Below, in pieces: positions 26,832 through 39,484 of a DNA stretch of 64,000 bases. How positions within the stretch are numbered: position 1 is the stretch's first letter; each line of letters opens with the position of its first letter. The position numbers were made by a program, and so were the translations under genes. The DNA comes from a bacterium. Its GTDB lineage: Bacteria; SZUA-79; Acidulodesulfobacterales; Acidulodesulfobacteraceae. The DNA lies in assembly GCA_021802425.1 (NCBI GenBank), contig JAJZXJ010000002.1, positions 46,508 to 110,507 on the forward strand, written 5' to 3'. The notes beneath the pieces are model-generated. The model was not told where the DNA came from. It saw only the letters and a list, made by a program, of their open reading frames with translations, and made no database searches.

Positions 26832-26893
26832 ATTTAGAAAAGGGACAGACTCAAGCTTGTCCCTATCGTAAAAAAAGGGGTAATAAATAAATA

Positions 26894-27043
26894 ATGAGAG
26901 AAATAATAACGCTTGCATGCAGCGAATGCAAACAGAGAAATTATACAACCACCAAAAATAAAAAACTTACCACGGAAAAATTAAATTTAAAAAAGTATTG
27001 CAAGTTTTGCAAGACTCATACTATACATAAGGAAACAAAATAA
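26894..27043 (+). CDS. rpmG: 50S ribosomal protein L33 (Cys4 zinc-ribbon form)
   Basis: Hand-translated as [49 protein letters not shown] (49 aa, below the ORF-track cut-off). It occupies the canonical position before tRNA-Trp/secE. Confidence 0.88.
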   Translation: MREIITLACSECKQRNYTTTKNKKLTTEKLNLKKYCKFCKTHTIHKETK

Positions 27044-27059
27044 TAATAATTTTTTAAAT

Positions 27060-27136
27060 AGGCCAGTAGCTCCAACGGCTAGAGCGTCGGACTCCAAATC
27101 CGAGTGTTGGGGGTTCGAATCCCTCCTGGCCTGCCA
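27060..27136 (+). tRNA. tRNA-Trp (anticodon CCA)
   Basis: Anticodon arm tcgga-ctCCAaa-tccga with acceptor aggccag/ctggcct. CCA is encoded. Confidence 0.9.
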
Positions 27137-27151
27137 TTATGCGAATATAAA

Positions 27152-27397
27152 ATGAGAGAAAATACTATTTTGGGATATGTAAAGATGGTAAGTAATCCTG
27201 TTTCGGAGTTTATAAAAAAAGCAAAGCAATATTTATATGAAGTAAGATCTGAGCTTGGCAAAATTATATGGCCTGATAAAGATAAGGCTACAAAGACCAC
27301 ATATGTCGTAGTTATTTTTATAGTACTTGTGACCGCTTTTCTTGGTCTTATCGATATGGTTTTTGCTAAAGTTTTTTCTTATTTTTTCCATATATAG
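27152..27397 (+). CDS. secE: Preprotein translocase subunit SecE
   Basis: A single C-terminal TM helix is preceded by YEVRSELGKIIWPDK (SecE signature). The start is trimmed to the first ATG after tRNA-Trp. It lies between tRNA-Trp and nusG. Confidence 0.8.
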   Translation: MRENTILGYVKMVSNPVSEFIKKAKQYLYEVRSELGKIIWPDKDKATKTTYVVVIFIVLVTAFLGLIDMVFAKVFSYFFHI

Positions 27398-27464
27398 AAT
27401 AAGAAAAATAAGTAAATTAAAATAATCTTAGAGTTTTACATAAAAAAGGTTTTAGATATTAAAA

Positions 27465-28085
27465 ATGATGGATAACGAAAAAATAACCGAAAATCATGCC
27501 GTAGATTCCAGCGATGCTAATGTAAATGCAGATACCTTGAACGATGACGGTATCCAGAAAAAATGGTATGCCGTTCATACCTACTCCGGCTTTGAAGACC
27601 ATGTGAAGTTAGCCCTTGAAGAGAGAATTGCATCGAGCGGGCTAAAAAAGTATTTTGGCGATATTATTATCCCAAAGGAAGATGTTATAGAAAAAAATGT
27701 AAAAGGCGGAAAAAAAAAGGTTAAAAGAAAGTTTTTTCCGGGTTATATTTTTGTAAATATGAATGTAAATACCGATTCATGGCATTTGCTTAAAGGAACT
27801 CCAAAGGTTACAGGCTTTGTCGGAGATCAATTAAATCCTATGGCGGTAGATGAATCAGAGATGGATAAGATAATAGCTCAAATAACCGAGGGAATTAAAA
27901 GGCCGAAGGCAAAAATTGAGTTTTCTAAGGGCGATATCGTCAAAATCACGGAGGGACCATTCTCAGGGTTTAATGGAACAATAGACGATATAAAGCCTGA
28001 TAAGAGCAAGCTTGAGGTTCTTGTTTCCATTTTCGGCAGGGCTACCCCGGTAGAATTAGATTTTACGCAGGTTGAGAGAAATTAG
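27465..28085 (+). CDS. nusG: Transcription termination/antitermination factor NusG
   Basis: KWYAVHTYSGFEDHV NGN domain and a C-terminal KOW (GDIVKITEGPFSGFNGTI). About 25 aa of acidic N-terminal extension. Confidence 0.93.
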   Translation: MMDNEKITENHAVDSSDANVNADTLNDDGIQKKWYAVHTYSGFEDHVKLALEERIASSGLKKYFGDIIIPKEDVIEKNVKGGKKKVKRKFFPGYIFVNMNVNTDSWHLLKGTPKVTGFVGDQLNPMAVDESEMDKIIAQITEGIKRPKAKIEFSKGDIVKITEGPFSGFNGTIDDIKPDKSKLEVLVSIFGRATPVELDFTQVERN

Positions 28086-28194
28086 TTAATATGAAAGTTC
28101 TAGTTTTATGAGATAATTATCAATAATTTTAGATATATTAATAATAGAATGGCGGCAGACTTAAGTCTGCCGCCAAGAAAAGAGGAAAAAGATT

Positions 28195-28623
28195 ATGGCT
28201 GTAAAAAAAATTCAAGCTTTGGTTAAATTGCAAATCGTAGGCGGAAAAGCTAACCCCGCTCCTCCTGTCGGACCTGCGTTAGGTCAGCACGGGGTTAATA
28301 TAATGGAATTTTGCAAACAATTCAATGAACGGACAAAATCGCAGGAAGGAACCGTTATACCTGTTGTTTTAACCATATACGCCGATAGATCGTTTGATTT
28401 TATTTTAAAAACTCCGCCGGCTTCCATTTTGCTAAAGCAGGCTTCCGGTATAGAAAAGGGTTCGAATCAGCCAAATAAAAATAAAGTTGCGACTATAAAC
28501 AGAACTAAAGTAAGAGAAATTGCAAAAACTAAAATGCAGGATCTTAATGCAAATGAACTTGAGCAGGCTGTTAAAACTATTGAAGGAACAGCCAGAAGCA
28601 TGGGTATAGATGTCATAGATTAA
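28195..28623 (+). CDS. rplK: 50S ribosomal protein L11
   Basis: [34 protein letters not shown]. Confidence 0.97.
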   Translation: MAVKKIQALVKLQIVGGKANPAPPVGPALGQHGVNIMEFCKQFNERTKSQEGTVIPVVLTIYADRSFDFILKTPPASILLKQASGIEKGSNQPNKNKVATINRTKVREIAKTKMQDLNANELEQAVKTIEGTARSMGIDVID

Positions 28624-28639
28624 AGGAGGATATGCCAGA

Positions 28640-29350
28640 ATGACACTGAGAGGAAAAAAATATTTAGAAGCTTCTAAAAAATTGAGTATAGATAAAAATA
28701 AGAATTATACGATAGATGAGGCATTCAATGCTATCGTAGATTCGCATTATGTAAAATTTGACGAGTCGGTTGATATTGCAATAAATCTCGGCATAGATGT
28801 AAAGAAAAATGATCAGCAGGTTAGAGGGTCGGTGCTTTTACCTCACGGAACGGGGAAAGAGGTTAAAATTCTTGTTTTTGCAAAAGGGGAAAAGGAGAGG
28901 GAGGCATTGACGGCCGGAGCGGATTATGTCGGACAGGAAGACATGATAACAAAGGTACAGCAAGGGTTTATGGATTTCAACAGGGTCGTTGCGACCCCCG
29001 ATATGATGGCAAGTGTCGGCAAGCTCGGTAAAATATTAGGTCCAAGGGGCTTAATGCCCAATCCAAAAGTCGGAACAGTCACTTTTGATGTAGGGAAAGT
29101 TGTAAAAGAGCTTAAAGAGGGCAAGATAGAGTTTAAAGCCGAAAAAAGCGGTATTCTCCACGCATCCTTAGGAAAGGTTTCGTTTGGGTCATTAAAACTT
29201 AAGGATAATTTTACGGCGCTTATCGAAACTGTAAACCGGCTGAAACCGGCTTCCAGCAAAGGCGTATATATCAAAAAGATTTCTCTTTCATCCACGATGG
29301 GGCCGGGTGTTCATTTAGATATCATTAAACTTAGAAACGAAATAATGTAA
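28640..29350 (+). CDS. rplA: 50S ribosomal protein L1
   Basis: Typical L1 blocks (GTGKEVKILVFA, LGPRGLMPNPK). Confidence 0.96.
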   Translation: MTLRGKKYLEASKKLSIDKNKNYTIDEAFNAIVDSHYVKFDESVDIAINLGIDVKKNDQQVRGSVLLPHGTGKEVKILVFAKGEKEREALTAGADYVGQEDMITKVQQGFMDFNRVVATPDMMASVGKLGKILGPRGLMPNPKVGTVTFDVGKVVKELKEGKIEFKAEKSGILHASLGKVSFGSLKLKDNFTALIETVNRLKPASSKGVYIKKISLSSTMGPGVHLDIIKLRNEIM

Positions 29351-29505
29351 TAAATTATTTAAGTTTGTCAATGACGGCAGGTTTATAAATCCTGCCATAG
29401 ACAAAAAAAGGGCATTATCAACCTGATTTTCTTTTAATTGCTCTTATATTGTTATATTGACAAAATTGTAAGAGAAAATTTAAAAGAAAGGAGGGGAAGA
29501 AAAAA

Positions 29506-30021
29506 TTGAAAAAAGAGAAAAAAAATCAAGAGATTGAATTTTTAAAACAGAATCTTAATAATAGCCAGGGTATTTTTATAAGTAAATACCAGGGGCTTAA
29601 TGTCGAAAAATTCAGTCTATTAAGGAAAGAGATGCGAAGCCATGGCGCCCTTCTTAAAGTATTCAAAAATACTTTAAGCCGCATAGCGTTTAAGCAAACG
29701 TATGCGGAAGCCATTTCCGGTCATCTCGAAGGCCCTAATTTCTTGATTTTTACAAATGACCCAATGGCAAGCTCAAAAGCGCTTTTAAAGTTTGCGCAGG
29801 AAAATCCTGAAAATATCGAGATTAAAGCAGGATATTACCAGACGATATTGGATAAGAGTAGAATTACTACTCTTGCGACTTTGCCTTCCAAGGATATTTT
29901 AATATCGAGATTTATTTCTGTTATAAAATCTCCTGAAGTACGCCTTGTTTTTACGCTTAGAGCGCCTGTCGTAAATTTAATAAGAATTCTTCAAGCTGTG
30001 GAAGCCAAAAAATCTGCATAA
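29506..30021 (+). CDS. rplJ: 50S ribosomal protein L10
   Basis: TTG start after AGGAGGGG. Assigned by position between rplA and rplL and by an L10-like sequence. Confidence 0.9.
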   Translation: MKKEKKNQEIEFLKQNLNNSQGIFISKYQGLNVEKFSLLRKEMRSHGALLKVFKNTLSRIAFKQTYAEAISGHLEGPNFLIFTNDPMASSKALLKFAQENPENIEIKAGYYQTILDKSRITTLATLPSKDILISRFISVIKSPEVRLVFTLRAPVVNLIRILQAVEAKKSA

Positions 30022-30121
30022 TAAATTTACCTTATGTTATATGGATTCGCCGCTTCTTTTGAAATGGCAAAATTTTTTATTTAATTTTAAAATTATATTT
30101 TAAATATCGGAGGAAATAATA

Positions 30122-30508
30122 ATGGCTGTAACTAAAGATGATGTATTAAGCTACATTGAAAATGTTTCTGTAATCGAATTGAATGATCTTATTAAAGAGA
30201 TAGAAGAAAAGTTTGGGGTCAAAGCCGACCAATTTGCCATGGCTGCCCCGGCTGGAGGAGCAAAGGCTGAAGCGGCTCCTGCTCAAGCTGAAGAAAAAAC
30301 CGAATTTGATGTCATTCTTGAGAATGCCGGCGCAAATAAAATTCAGGTTATTAAAGTCGTAAGGGAGCTGACAAGCTTAGGGTTAAAGGAGGCGAAAGAT
30401 CTTGTTGACGGCGCTCCTAAACCTTTAAAAAATGCCGTTAATAAGGAAGAAGCCGATAAAATGAGAGCAAAGCTTGAAGAAGTTGGCGCTAAAGTTTCGG
30501 TTAAATAA
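30122..30508 (+). CDS. rplL: 50S ribosomal protein L7/L12
   Basis: Ala-rich hinge and the C-terminal domain [24 protein letters not shown]. Confidence 0.97.
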   Translation: MAVTKDDVLSYIENVSVIELNDLIKEIEEKFGVKADQFAMAAPAGGAKAEAAPAQAEEKTEFDVILENAGANKIQVIKVVRELTSLGLKEAKDLVDGAPKPLKNAVNKEEADKMRAKLEEVGAKVSVK

Positions 30509-30557
30509 ATAAAATATATTATATTTAAGTGAGTTAAGACGGGAGTTTAAATCATAA

Positions 30558-33500
30558 ATGGCAAAAACAAAATTGCAATTTAATTTGGAAGGCAGTGTTC
30601 CCATAATTTTAAGAAAGGATTTTTCCAGAATTAAAAGGGTAATAAACACCCCTAACCTTCTTGAAGTTCAAAGAAAATCTTATGAGAGATTTCTGCAAAA
30701 GGATATACCTCAAGATAAAAGAGCGAATAACGGGCTTCAAGGAGTTTTTAAATCTGTTTTTCCTATAGAAGGATTAAGTAAAAATTTTTCTTTAGAATTT
30801 ATGGGCTACACTATCGGCGAACCAAAATATAGCATTTTCGAATGCAAACAGAAGGGACTGACTTATAGCGCATCCCTGAAAGTCCTTTTTGACCTTGTGA
30901 CTTTTGAACTTGATCCCGATTTGAACGGAAAAAATGTGCAAAGAGAAATTAAGGATATCAAGGAACAAGAAGTATATTTTGGTGAAATACCGCTAATGAC
31001 CCAAAACGGATCTTTTATTATTAACGGAATCGAAAGGGTAATCGTAAGCCAGTTGCAAAGGTCTCCCGGGGTTTTCTACGATAATGACAAAATAAGAAGC
31101 CATACTCAGGGAAGACCCTTTTATACTGCGAGGGTTATACCTTACAGGGGGTCATGGCTGGATTTTGAATTCGACCAGAGGGACATGATTTTTGCCAGAA
31201 TAGACAGAAAAAGAAAATTCCCTGCGACTATTTTGCTTAAAGCGGTGGGATATTCAAGAGACGATATTCTTGGCAGTTTTTATCAACATGAAGTATTTAA
31301 GCTCATTAACGGGAAATATTTCAGGAGAATGCCGAAGGATTTTCTGACGCAGACAAGGGCAAGCGAAGACATTATTAACCCGAAAACAAAAGAAGTTTTA
31401 ATCAAGAAAAACAGAAGAATAACAAAACTCTTGATAGATAAACTTGAAGAAGCAGGGGTTGAGTTTTTGCCTTGCGATGAATCCGAAGTTATAGGGAAGT
31501 ACCTTACGAAAGATGTTGCAAAGGATGGAGAAACTATCGCCAAATCGGTTCAACCCGTAACATCCAATCTTTTAGAGGGGTTCAAAAATCTTGGCATAAA
31601 TGAGTTTAGCGTCTATTTCATTGATAATATAAATGTATCTTCCTCGATATTAGATACGATATTGGCCGATAAAATAAACTCTAAGGATGATGCCGTTATC
31701 GATATTTACAAGAGAATGAGACCCGGAGATCCGCCGAACCTTATATCCGCAACATCCTATTTCGAAAATATGTTTTTTAACCCTGAGAGATATGATTTGT
31801 CCGAGGTCGGAAGGCTTAAAATAAATAATAAATTGAATCTGAATAAAAGCCTTGACGACAGGGTATTGTTTCCAGACGATATTCTAAATGTCTTAAAATA
31901 TTTAATGGAACTCAAAGACGGCAGAGGAATAATAGACGATATTGACCATCTTGGAAACAGAAGGGTAAAGGCTGTGGGAGAGTTACTGGAAAATCAATTT
32001 AGAATAGGCCTCGTAAGAATGGAAAGGGCCATTAAGGAGAGAATGACCACGCAAAAACTTGACTCTTTAATGCCCAATGACCTTATTAATCCTAAGCCCG
32101 TTAATTCGCTGATAAAAGAATTTTTTGGAAGAAGCCAGTTGTCCCAATTTATGGATCAAACGAATCCGCTTTCCGAAATCACTCATAAGAGGCGTCTTTC
32201 TGCACTTGGGCCCGGCGGTCTGACAAGGGAAAGGGCAGGATTTGAAGTCAGGGATGTTCATCCAACCCATTACGGCAGGATTTGCCCCATCGAAACACCT
32301 GAAGGACCGAATATCGGACTTATAGCCTCTCTATCTTCTTATGCAAGAGTCAATGAATATGGGTTTATCGAGACCCCTTACCGAAAAGTTAAGGTCGCGG
32401 AGAAAGGAGCGATGGTAACCGACGATGTTGATTTTCTGACGGCTATGGAAGAGGAAAAATATGTTATAGCCCAGGCTAATGCGGAAATAGACAAAAACGG
32501 CTATCTTGTAAATGAATTGATTCCTGTCAGGAGAAGCGGGGAAACGGTGATGGTTTACCCAAATGAGGTCGATTACATCGATGTTTCTCCAATGCAGCTT
32601 GTTTCGGTTGCCACTTCGTTAATCCCATTTTTGGAACATGACGATGCTAACCGTGCTTTAATGGGTTCCAATATGCAAAGGCAGGGCGTGCCGTTATTAA
32701 TGCCCGATCCTCCGATTATCGGAACAGGTATCGAAAAAATCGTGGCAAAAGACTCGGGTGTTTGTGTCGTAGCGGAACATAACGGCATAGTCAGCTATGT
32801 CGATTCGACAAAGATTTATATAAATCGAGACGGCGAATTAACCGAAAGCAAAGAAGATAATGATCCCGTATCTATTTATAACCTTGTAAAGTTTCAAAGA
32901 TCGAATCAAAATACATGTTTAAATCAAAGACCGTTGGTTAAGGCGGGGGACAGGGTTATTGCCGGACAAATTATTGCGGACGGCGCATCGACAAAAGACG
33001 GAGAGTTGGCTCTCGGGCATAATGTCCTGGTTTCGTTTATGCCTTGGAACGGTTATAACTTTGAGGATTCGATATTAATAAGCGAAAAATTATTACATGA
33101 AGATGCGTTTACATCTATCCATATAGAAGAATTTGAAGTAGCATGCAGGGAAACAAAATCAGGCAAGGAGGAAATTACTTCGGATATTCCTAATGTAGGC
33201 GAAGATGCCTTAAGAAATCTGGATGAAAACGGGATTATTAGAATAGGCGCGGAGGTTAAAGCTCAGGATATATTGGCGGGAAAGGTTACCCCGAAAGGGG
33301 AAACGGTTCTTACGCCCGAAGAAAAACTTTTAAGAGCTATATTCGGGGAAAAGGCAAAGGAAGTTAAAGATACATCATTAAGGGTTCCTCCGGGTGTTTC
33401 CGGCGTCGTTGTCGATGTCAGGGTATTTTCGAGAAAGGGCATTGAAAAAGACTTTAGGGCAAAGGAGATTGAAGACAGCGAGGTAGCAAATCTTATTGCG

Positions 33501-34730
33501 GAATTGGACGATAAGATATTGTCTATTTCGGATAACGCCCTCGGGAAGATGCGCGGAGTGGTACAAAATAAAAAATGCGGTTCAAATGCGGCGCTTTCAT
33601 CGGGACATAAGCCTGTGTACCTTAAAAAAGGGGATATATTGACGGAAAATATAGTTTCCAAGCTTACCAGAGACGATATTTTTAATATAGAATTTGAGGG
33701 CAATGCTAAAAATATATATGATAAATTAAAGAAGATAGACGATGAATCATTAGAAGATATCGACCTTTTGAAAGGATTTTACGAGGATAAAATCACAAGA
33801 ATGCAAAGAGGCGATGAACTTCCCCCCGGCGTTCTTAAAACGATAAAGGTTTATATTGCTATTAAAAGAAGATTATCCGTAGGGGATAAAATGGCGGGAA
33901 GACACGGAAATAAGGGCGTGGTTTCCAGAATACTGCCCCTTAACGATATGCCGTTTATGAAAGACGGAAGGATAGTCGATATGGTGCTAAATCCGCTTGG
34001 GGTTCCTTCCAGAATGAATGTCGGACAAATTTTAGAGGTTCATCTGGGTTGGGCTGCGCATAATTTAGGTATTCAAATCAATAAGATTATAGAAGAAAAT
34101 TTTGGTCCGGAAAAGGTTAGGGAAAAATTATTGGCGATTTTTAACGACCCTACGATGGTTCAATTTATTAAAGGATTAAATGGAGATGAGGTCATAGAAC
34201 TGGCAAAAAAATATAAGAACGGGGTTTATATGGCAACCCCTATTTTTGACGGGGCAAAAGAAAGCGAAATTAGAAATTACCTTAAACTTTCGGGCGTCGA
34301 AGAAACAGGACAGGTTACGCTTTATGACGGGAGATCGGGTGAGCCGTTCGACAGGAAGGTTACCGTAGGCATAATGTATATGCTTAAACTCCATCATTTA
34401 GTCGATGATAAGATACATGCGAGGTCAACGGGTCCTTATTCATTGGTAACTCAGCAGCCGTTAGGCGGAAAAGCGCAGTTTGGAGGACAGAGATTGGGAG
34501 AAATGGAGGTATGGGCAATGGAGGCCTATGGAGCCGCTCATACTCTTCAAGAGTTTCTTACGGTTAAATCGGATGATTCCGTCGGAAGGACAAGAATGTA
34601 TGAAGCGATTGTAAAAGGGAATACATCTTTTAGGGTAGGGCTTCCTGAGTCGTTTAATGTTCTTATTAAAGAGTTGCAGAGTCTATGCCTGAATGTCGAG
34701 TTGTTAAAGGAGGGAGAAAATGTCAATTGA
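30558..34730 (+). CDS. rpoB: DNA-directed RNA polymerase beta subunit
   Basis: 1390 aa with conserved blocks ([57 protein letters not shown]). Confidence 0.98.
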   Translation: MAKTKLQFNLEGSVPIILRKDFSRIKRVINTPNLLEVQRKSYERFLQKDIPQDKRANNGLQGVFKSVFPIEGLSKNFSLEFMGYTIGEPKYSIFECKQKGLTYSASLKVLFDLVTFELDPDLNGKNVQREIKDIKEQEVYFGEIPLMTQNGSFIINGIERVIVSQLQRSPGVFYDNDKIRSHTQGRPFYTARVIPYRGSWLDFEFDQRDMIFARIDRKRKFPATILLKAVGYSRDDILGSFYQHEVFKLINGKYFRRMPKDFLTQTRASEDIINPKTKEVLIKKNRRITKLLIDKLEEAGVEFLPCDESEVIGKYLTKDVAKDGETIAKSVQPVTSNLLEGFKNLGINEFSVYFIDNINVSSSILDTILADKINSKDDAVIDIYKRMRPGDPPNLISATSYFENMFFNPERYDLSEVGRLKINNKLNLNKSLDDRVLFPDDILNVLKYLMELKDGRGIIDDIDHLGNRRVKAVGELLENQFRIGLVRMERAIKERMTTQKLDSLMPNDLINPKPVNSLIKEFFGRSQLSQFMDQTNPLSEITHKRRLSALGPGGLTRERAGFEVRDVHPTHYGRICPIETPEGPNIGLIASLSSYARVNEYGFIETPYRKVKVAEKGAMVTDDVDFLTAMEEEKYVIAQANAEIDKNGYLVNELIPVRRSGETVMVYPNEVDYIDVSPMQLVSVATSLIPFLEHDDANRALMGSNMQRQGVPLLMPDPPIIGTGIEKIVAKDSGVCVVAEHNGIVSYVDSTKIYINRDGELTESKEDNDPVSIYNLVKFQRSNQNTCLNQRPLVKAGDRVIAGQIIADGASTKDGELALGHNVLVSFMPWNGYNFEDSILISEKLLHEDAFTSIHIEEFEVACRETKSGKEEITSDIPNVGEDALRNLDENGIIRIGAEVKAQDILAGKVTPKGETVLTPEEKLLRAIFGEKAKEVKDTSLRVPPGVSGVVVDVRVFSRKGIEKDFRAKEIEDSEVANLIAELDDKILSISDNALGKMRGVVQNKKCGSNAALSSGHKPVYLKKGDILTENIVSKLTRDDIFNIEFEGNAKNIYDKLKKIDDESLEDIDLLKGFYEDKITRMQRGDELPPGVLKTIKVYIAIKRRLSVGDKMAGRHGNKGVVSRILPLNDMPFMKDGRIVDMVLNPLGVPSRMNVGQILEVHLGWAAHNLGIQINKIIEENFGPEKVREKLLAIFNDPTMVQFIKGLNGDEVIELAKKYKNGVYMATPIFDGAKESEIRNYLKLSGVEETGQVTLYDGRSGEPFDRKVTVGIMYMLKLHHLVDDKIHARSTGPYSLVTQQPLGGKAQFGGQRLGEMEVWAMEAYGAAHTLQEFLTVKSDDSVGRTRMYEAIVKGNTSFRVGLPESFNVLIKELQSLCLNVELLKEGENVN

Positions 34731-37700
34731 TGACGATATAGATAATTATAGTAATGACAATAAGGATGCCACCCTTACGATTAGCCTGAATGATATTTCC
34801 GAAGACGAAGAAGATATGGTTCAGATTGGGGAAAAGGAGCCAAACCTTGAAAAATTATTTGACGGTAAAAATAAAAGAGATTTCTTTTTGAATGATAGGG
34901 AGGGGATTAAAGATCCGCTAAGCTTTAATTCTATCAGGTTGGGAATCGCGTCTCCCGAAACAATAAAAAAATGGTCGCATGGAGAGGTCAAAAAACCGGA
35001 AACTATAAACTATAGAACATTAAAACCGGAACGGGACGGACTTTTTTGCGCTAGAATTTTTGGTCCGATCAAGGATTATGAATGCAATTGCGGAAAATAT
35101 AAAAGAATGAAGCATCGCGGTATAGTGTGCGAAAAGTGCGGCGTAGAAGTTATTTCATCTAAGGTTAGAAGAGAAAGGCTCGGACACATCGAACTTGCTT
35201 CCCCCGTAGCGCATATATGGTTTTTTAAAAGTCTGCCTTCAAGAATTGGAAGCATTCTTGATATGACCCTTAAGGATATCGAAAAGGTCCTTTATTTTGA
35301 GTCTTATGTTGTTATAGAACCGGGTGACGCATCAAAAATCGGATTAAAATATAAAGATATTATAACCGAGGAAAACTATCAAAAAATTCAAAAGGAGGGG
35401 TATAATTTTAAGGCGGGTATCGGCGCTGAAGCCTTAAAAGAGCTTCTTAAGGGAATCGATCTCAATTCCTTATCTAAAAATCTAAAAGAAGAGATAAAAG
35501 ATTTGCCGAACGGCATTAAAAAGAAAAAACTTGCAAAACAATTAAAACTAATCGAGGCGTTTAAAACATCCGGAAATAGACCCGAATGGATGATTTTAGA
35601 TGTAATTCCGGTTATTCCCCCGGATTTGCGCCCCTTGGTTCCGCTTGAAGGCGGAAGATTTGCGAGCTCCGATTTAAATGATTTATACAGGAGAGTTATA
35701 AATAGAAATAACAGATTAAAAAAACTTATAGAACTTTCTGCCCCGGATATAATTATTAAAAATGAAAAAAGGATGCTCCAGGAAGCGGTGGACGCGCTCT
35801 TTGATAATGGACGGCGCGGCCGCGTAATAATGGGCTCCAATAGAAGGCCGCTTAAGTCCTTAAGCGAGATGCTAAAGGGAAAAACAGGGAGATTCAGGCT
35901 TAATCTGTTGGGTAAGAGAGTAGATTACTCCGGAAGGTCGGTTATAGTCGTAGGACCGGAGTTAAAGCTTCATCAATGCGGTTTGCCTAAAAAAATGGCC
36001 ATAGAACTTTTTAAACCGTTTATTTTTCATAAGCTATTGCAAAATGGTGTAACCGATACGCTTAAGACCACAAAAAAATTAGTCGATAAAGAGGCGCCGG
36101 AGGTTTTTGATGTTTTAGAAGAGGTAATTAAAGAGCATCCCGTATTGCTAAACAGGGCTCCAACCCTTCATAGGCTGGGGATACAAGCATTTGAACCTGT
36201 ATTAGTCGAAGGGAAGGCAATTCATTTGCATCCGTTAGTCTGCGCGGCATTTAACGCGGATTTCGACGGAGATCAAATGGCCGTCCATGTTCCGCTTTCG
36301 ATAGAGGCTCAGGTTGAAGCAAGGGTTTTGATGATGGCAACCAATAATATACTTTCGCCGGCAAGCGGAAAGCCGATTATAGTTCCTTCTCAAGACATAG
36401 TGCTCGGCTTATATTACATGACGAGAGAGATCCCGTTCGCAAAAGGAGAGGATAAGATATTTTCCAATCCCGATGAGGTTAAATTTGCTTATGACAACGG
36501 GTTTGTGAGCTTGCATGCCCGCATAAAAGTAAAGATTAATGATAAAATCGAGACGACAACCGTTGGAAGGGTCATACTTTATGAAATAATGCCGCGTGAA
36601 ATAGATTTTTCGTTTGTAAATACGCTTATGTCCAAAAAGGAAATTACAAACTTAATAGATTATGCCTTCAGGATATGCGGCCCGAAAAAGACCGTTATAC
36701 TGGCGGATAAGCTAAAGTCGATAGGTTACGAATACTCTACCAAATCAGGTATATCCATTTGCATAAGCGATATGGAGGTGCCGCCTGCAAAAATTAATGT
36801 TATCAAAGAAGCTACGGCAAAAGTAGAAGAGATAGAAAATAGCTATAAAGAAGGCCTTATAACAAACGGAGAGCGGTACAACAAAGTTGTTGACACATGG
36901 GCAAATGCTACGGATGAAATTGCCATGGCTATGATGAATCAATTGGGTACGCAGGAATATTCAGGGGGTACAAAAAACAAGAAAATTACGGGGAAAAGCT
37001 TTAATTCTATTTTTATGATGGCGGACTCAGGTTCCAGAGGCTCCGAGGCGCAAATAAGGCAGCTTGCAGGAATGAGGGGATTAATGGCAAAGCCTTCGGG
37101 AGAAATTATCGAAACGCCTATCACCGCAAATTTTAGAGAAGGGCTTACCGTTCTGCAGTATTTCATTTCTACTCACGGAGCAAGAAAGGGGTTGGCGGAT
37201 ACAGCCTTAAAAACGGCTAATTCAGGTTATTTAACGAGAAGATTAGTCGATGTTGCCCAGGATACTATTATAACCGAATACGATTGTCATACAATGGACG
37301 GGATAGTGGTCTCGACTTTAGTAGAAAGCGGCGATGTAATTGAACCGATAGAAGATCGAATACTGGGAAGGGTTGCGCTGGAGGATATTATAGATCCGTT
37401 TACGGGCAGCCTGATTGTTAAAGCTAACGAGGAAATTCAGGAATCCCATCAATCGCTGATAGAAAATGCACACATAGAGAGCGTTAAAATAAGATCCGTT
37501 TTAACTTGCAAGACCCAAAAGGGCGTGTGCGTAAAATGCTATGGAAGAGACCTGGCCAGAGGCCATTTGGTAAATATAGGGGAATCTATCGGCGTTATGG
37601 CGGCGCAATCGATTGGCGAGCCTGGAACGCAGCTGACGATGAGAACATTCCATGTGGGAGGCACTGCTTCAAGAAGATCGGAACAGACAAGTATCGAAAA

Positions 37701-38922
37701 TAAATATGACGGTATTGTTAAATTTAATAACCTTAATATTATTAAAAATAGAGATAATGAATATGTTGTTATGAACAAAAACGGCGAAATCGTTATCTTA
37801 GACGACTTAGGAAGAGAATTAGAAAAAATTCAATTGACTTACGGTTCGAAAATAAAAGTTGAACCCGATTCCAAGGTTAAGAAAAATACCCTTTTAGCCG
37901 ATTGGGATTCATACATTAACCCGATAATTGCGGATATCTCCGGAAAAGTAAGATTCGATGATATAAGAGAAAATGAAACTATGCAGGAGCAGGTCGATGA
38001 AACATCCGGCTTATCTAGAAAGGTTATCATCGAACCTAAAGATCAAACATTAAGGCCAAAAATAATTATTAAGTCGGCTAATCAGGAAAAATCTTATTTG
38101 ATGCCTATAGGGTCGCATTTGTCCGTTCAAGACGGGGATGAAGTTTATGCAGGAGATATAATTGCAAGAATTCCGAGAGAGACTACTAAAACTAAGGATA
38201 TTACAGGCGGTTTGCCGAAAGTGGTGGAGCTGTTTGAAGCCAGAAAGCCGAAGGAATGGGCTGTTATAACCGAGATAAGCGGAAAAATATCTTTTGGACG
38301 GGATTTCAAGGGTAAAAGACGGGTTATCATCGAACCCGTAAACGGGGAGCCGAGAGAATACTTAATTCCTAAGGGGAAACTTGTCAGCGTTCATGAGGGG
38401 GATTATGTTAAGGCCGGCGAGCCCTTAATGGATGGTTCGCCTAATCCCCACGATATTTTAAGAGTTCTTGGAGAAAAAGAACTCGCAAAATTTTTGGTCG
38501 ATGAAATTCAAGAGGTTTACAGACTTCAAGGCGTTAAAATAAATGATAAGCATATCGAAGTTATAGTAAGACAGATGCTAAAAAATGTAAGAATTAAAAA
38601 TGCAGGGAGTTCCAGATTCCTTGAGGATGAAGTTGTGGATAAAAATTTGTTCGACGCAGAAAATGAACGGATCATAAATGAAGGCGGAAATCCTGCCATA
38701 GCCGAGCCTGAATTAATGGGTATAACCAAAGCCTCGTTAAGTACCGAAAGCTTTATTTCTGCCGCATCATTCCAGGAAACTACAAAGGTCCTGACCGAAG
38801 CGGCTATCCATGGTAAAATAGACCATTTGAGAGGACTTAAGGAAAATGTTATTATGGGAAGGCTTATACCTGCGGGTACCGGCTCCACGAAGTATTTAGC
38901 CCTTGATGTCGAGGTGTTATAA
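34720..38922 (+). CDS. rpoC: DNA-directed RNA polymerase beta' subunit (with an acidic N-terminal extension)
   Basis: [14 protein letters not shown] catalytic motif and a zinc-binding [20 protein letters not shown]. The ATG at 34720 overlaps the rpoB stop by 11 nt and follows AAGGAGGGAG. Confidence 0.97.
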   Translation: MSIDDDIDNYSNDNKDATLTISLNDISEDEEDMVQIGEKEPNLEKLFDGKNKRDFFLNDREGIKDPLSFNSIRLGIASPETIKKWSHGEVKKPETINYRTLKPERDGLFCARIFGPIKDYECNCGKYKRMKHRGIVCEKCGVEVISSKVRRERLGHIELASPVAHIWFFKSLPSRIGSILDMTLKDIEKVLYFESYVVIEPGDASKIGLKYKDIITEENYQKIQKEGYNFKAGIGAEALKELLKGIDLNSLSKNLKEEIKDLPNGIKKKKLAKQLKLIEAFKTSGNRPEWMILDVIPVIPPDLRPLVPLEGGRFASSDLNDLYRRVINRNNRLKKLIELSAPDIIIKNEKRMLQEAVDALFDNGRRGRVIMGSNRRPLKSLSEMLKGKTGRFRLNLLGKRVDYSGRSVIVVGPELKLHQCGLPKKMAIELFKPFIFHKLLQNGVTDTLKTTKKLVDKEAPEVFDVLEEVIKEHPVLLNRAPTLHRLGIQAFEPVLVEGKAIHLHPLVCAAFNADFDGDQMAVHVPLSIEAQVEARVLMMATNNILSPASGKPIIVPSQDIVLGLYYMTREIPFAKGEDKIFSNPDEVKFAYDNGFVSLHARIKVKINDKIETTTVGRVILYEIMPREIDFSFVNTLMSKKEITNLIDYAFRICGPKKTVILADKLKSIGYEYSTKSGISICISDMEVPPAKINVIKEATAKVEEIENSYKEGLITNGERYNKVVDTWANATDEIAMAMMNQLGTQEYSGGTKNKKITGKSFNSIFMMADSGSRGSEAQIRQLAGMRGLMAKPSGEIIETPITANFREGLTVLQYFISTHGARKGLADTALKTANSGYLTRRLVDVAQDTIITEYDCHTMDGIVVSTLVESGDVIEPIEDRILGRVALEDIIDPFTGSLIVKANEEIQESHQSLIENAHIESVKIRSVLTCKTQKGVCVKCYGRDLARGHLVNIGESIGVMAAQSIGEPGTQLTMRTFHVGGTASRRSEQTSIENKYDGIVKFNNLNIIKNRDNEYVVMNKNGEIVILDDLGRELEKIQLTYGSKIKVEPDSKVKKNTLLADWDSYINPIIADISGKVRFDDIRENETMQEQVDETSGLSRKVIIEPKDQTLRPKIIIKSANQEKSYLMPIGSHLSVQDGDEVYAGDIIARIPRETTKTKDITGGLPKVVELFEARKPKEWAVITEISGKISFGRDFKGKRRVIIEPVNGEPREYLIPKGKLVSVHEGDYVKAGEPLMDGSPNPHDILRVLGEKELAKFLVDEIQEVYRLQGVKINDKHIEVIVRQMLKNVRIKNAGSSRFLEDEVVDKNLFDAENERIINEGGNPAIAEPELMGITKASLSTESFISAASFQETTKVLTEAAIHGKIDHLRGLKENVIMGRLIPAGTGSTKYLALDVEVL

Positions 38923-38949
38923 TTTTTTAATTGGAAATGCAAAAAAATC

Positions 38950-38978
38950 TTGACAAAAAAGTAATTAAATATTAAAAT
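38950..38978 (+). promoter_or_regulatory. Sigma70-type promoter of the str operon
   Basis: TTGACA (38950-38955), then 17 nt, then TAAAAT (38973-38978). It lies about 110 nt upstream of rpsL. Confidence 0.5.
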
Positions 38979-39087
38979 CTAAAATTCCATAAATAATTCC
39001 ATAAATTGTTTTAGGAAAACCGATAAGATTAAAAGTATTTAATTTTTAAAAATATAATTTAATAATTTAGTTAGCTAAGGAGATATT

Positions 39088-39459
39088 GTGCCAACCGTAA
39101 ATCAATTAATCAGGAGTGCGAGAAAGAAGGTATTAAAGAAAACCTCTTCCCCCGCCCTAAAAGGATCTCCTCAAAAAAGGGGAGTTTGCGTTAGGGTTTA
39201 TACCACCACCCCAAAAAAACCTAACTCAGCGCTTCGTAAGGTTGCGAGGGTTAAGTTAACCAACGGCATGGAGGTAACTTCGTACATTCCAGGAGAGGGA
39301 CATAATTTGCAGGAACACTCGGTAGTATTGATAAGGGGCGGAAGGGTTAAAGATTTGCCGGGCGTAAGGTATCACATAATTAGAGGGACTCTTGACTGCG
39401 TCGGCGTAAACGGAAGGAAACAAAGCAGATCCAAATATGGGGCTAAAAGAACTAAATAA
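39088..39459 (+). CDS. rpsL: 30S ribosomal protein S12
   Basis: GTG start. PTVNQLIR...[14 protein letters not shown]. Confidence 0.97.
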   Translation: MPTVNQLIRSARKKVLKKTSSPALKGSPQKRGVCVRVYTTTPKKPNSALRKVARVKLTNGMEVTSYIPGEGHNLQEHSVVLIRGGRVKDLPGVRYHIIRGTLDCVGVNGRKQSRSKYGAKRTK

Positions 39460-39484
39460 TAGTATATAAAGTGAGGAGTTAAAA

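Noticed and set aside
26843-26864. Hairpin gggaca-gactcaagct-tgtccc after tuf copy 1 as a terminator
   Set aside because: The stem is only 6 bp with a 10-nt loop and is followed by A-rich rather than T-rich sequence. At best it is a weak attenuator before rpmG.
25714-26948. Antisense ORFs inside both tuf copies (91 aa and 155 aa, duplicated at 42151 and 42549) and 26631..26948
   Set aside because: They are duplicated only because tuf is duplicated. They are useful as evidence of nucleotide identity but are not genes.
27104-27151. Upstream extension of the secE ORF (MLGVRIPPGLPLCEYK)
   Set aside because: It overlaps the 3' half of tRNA-Trp (27060-27136). It is simply the tRNA sequence read as protein.
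30558-38942. Numerous 60-150 aa antisense or off-frame ORFs inside rpoB and rpoC (e.g. 33263..33703, 35388..35840, 38526..38942)
   Set aside because: They are embedded in highly conserved genes, Ser/Ile/Phe-rich in a way typical of antisense reading of AT-rich coding DNA, and lack independent start signals.
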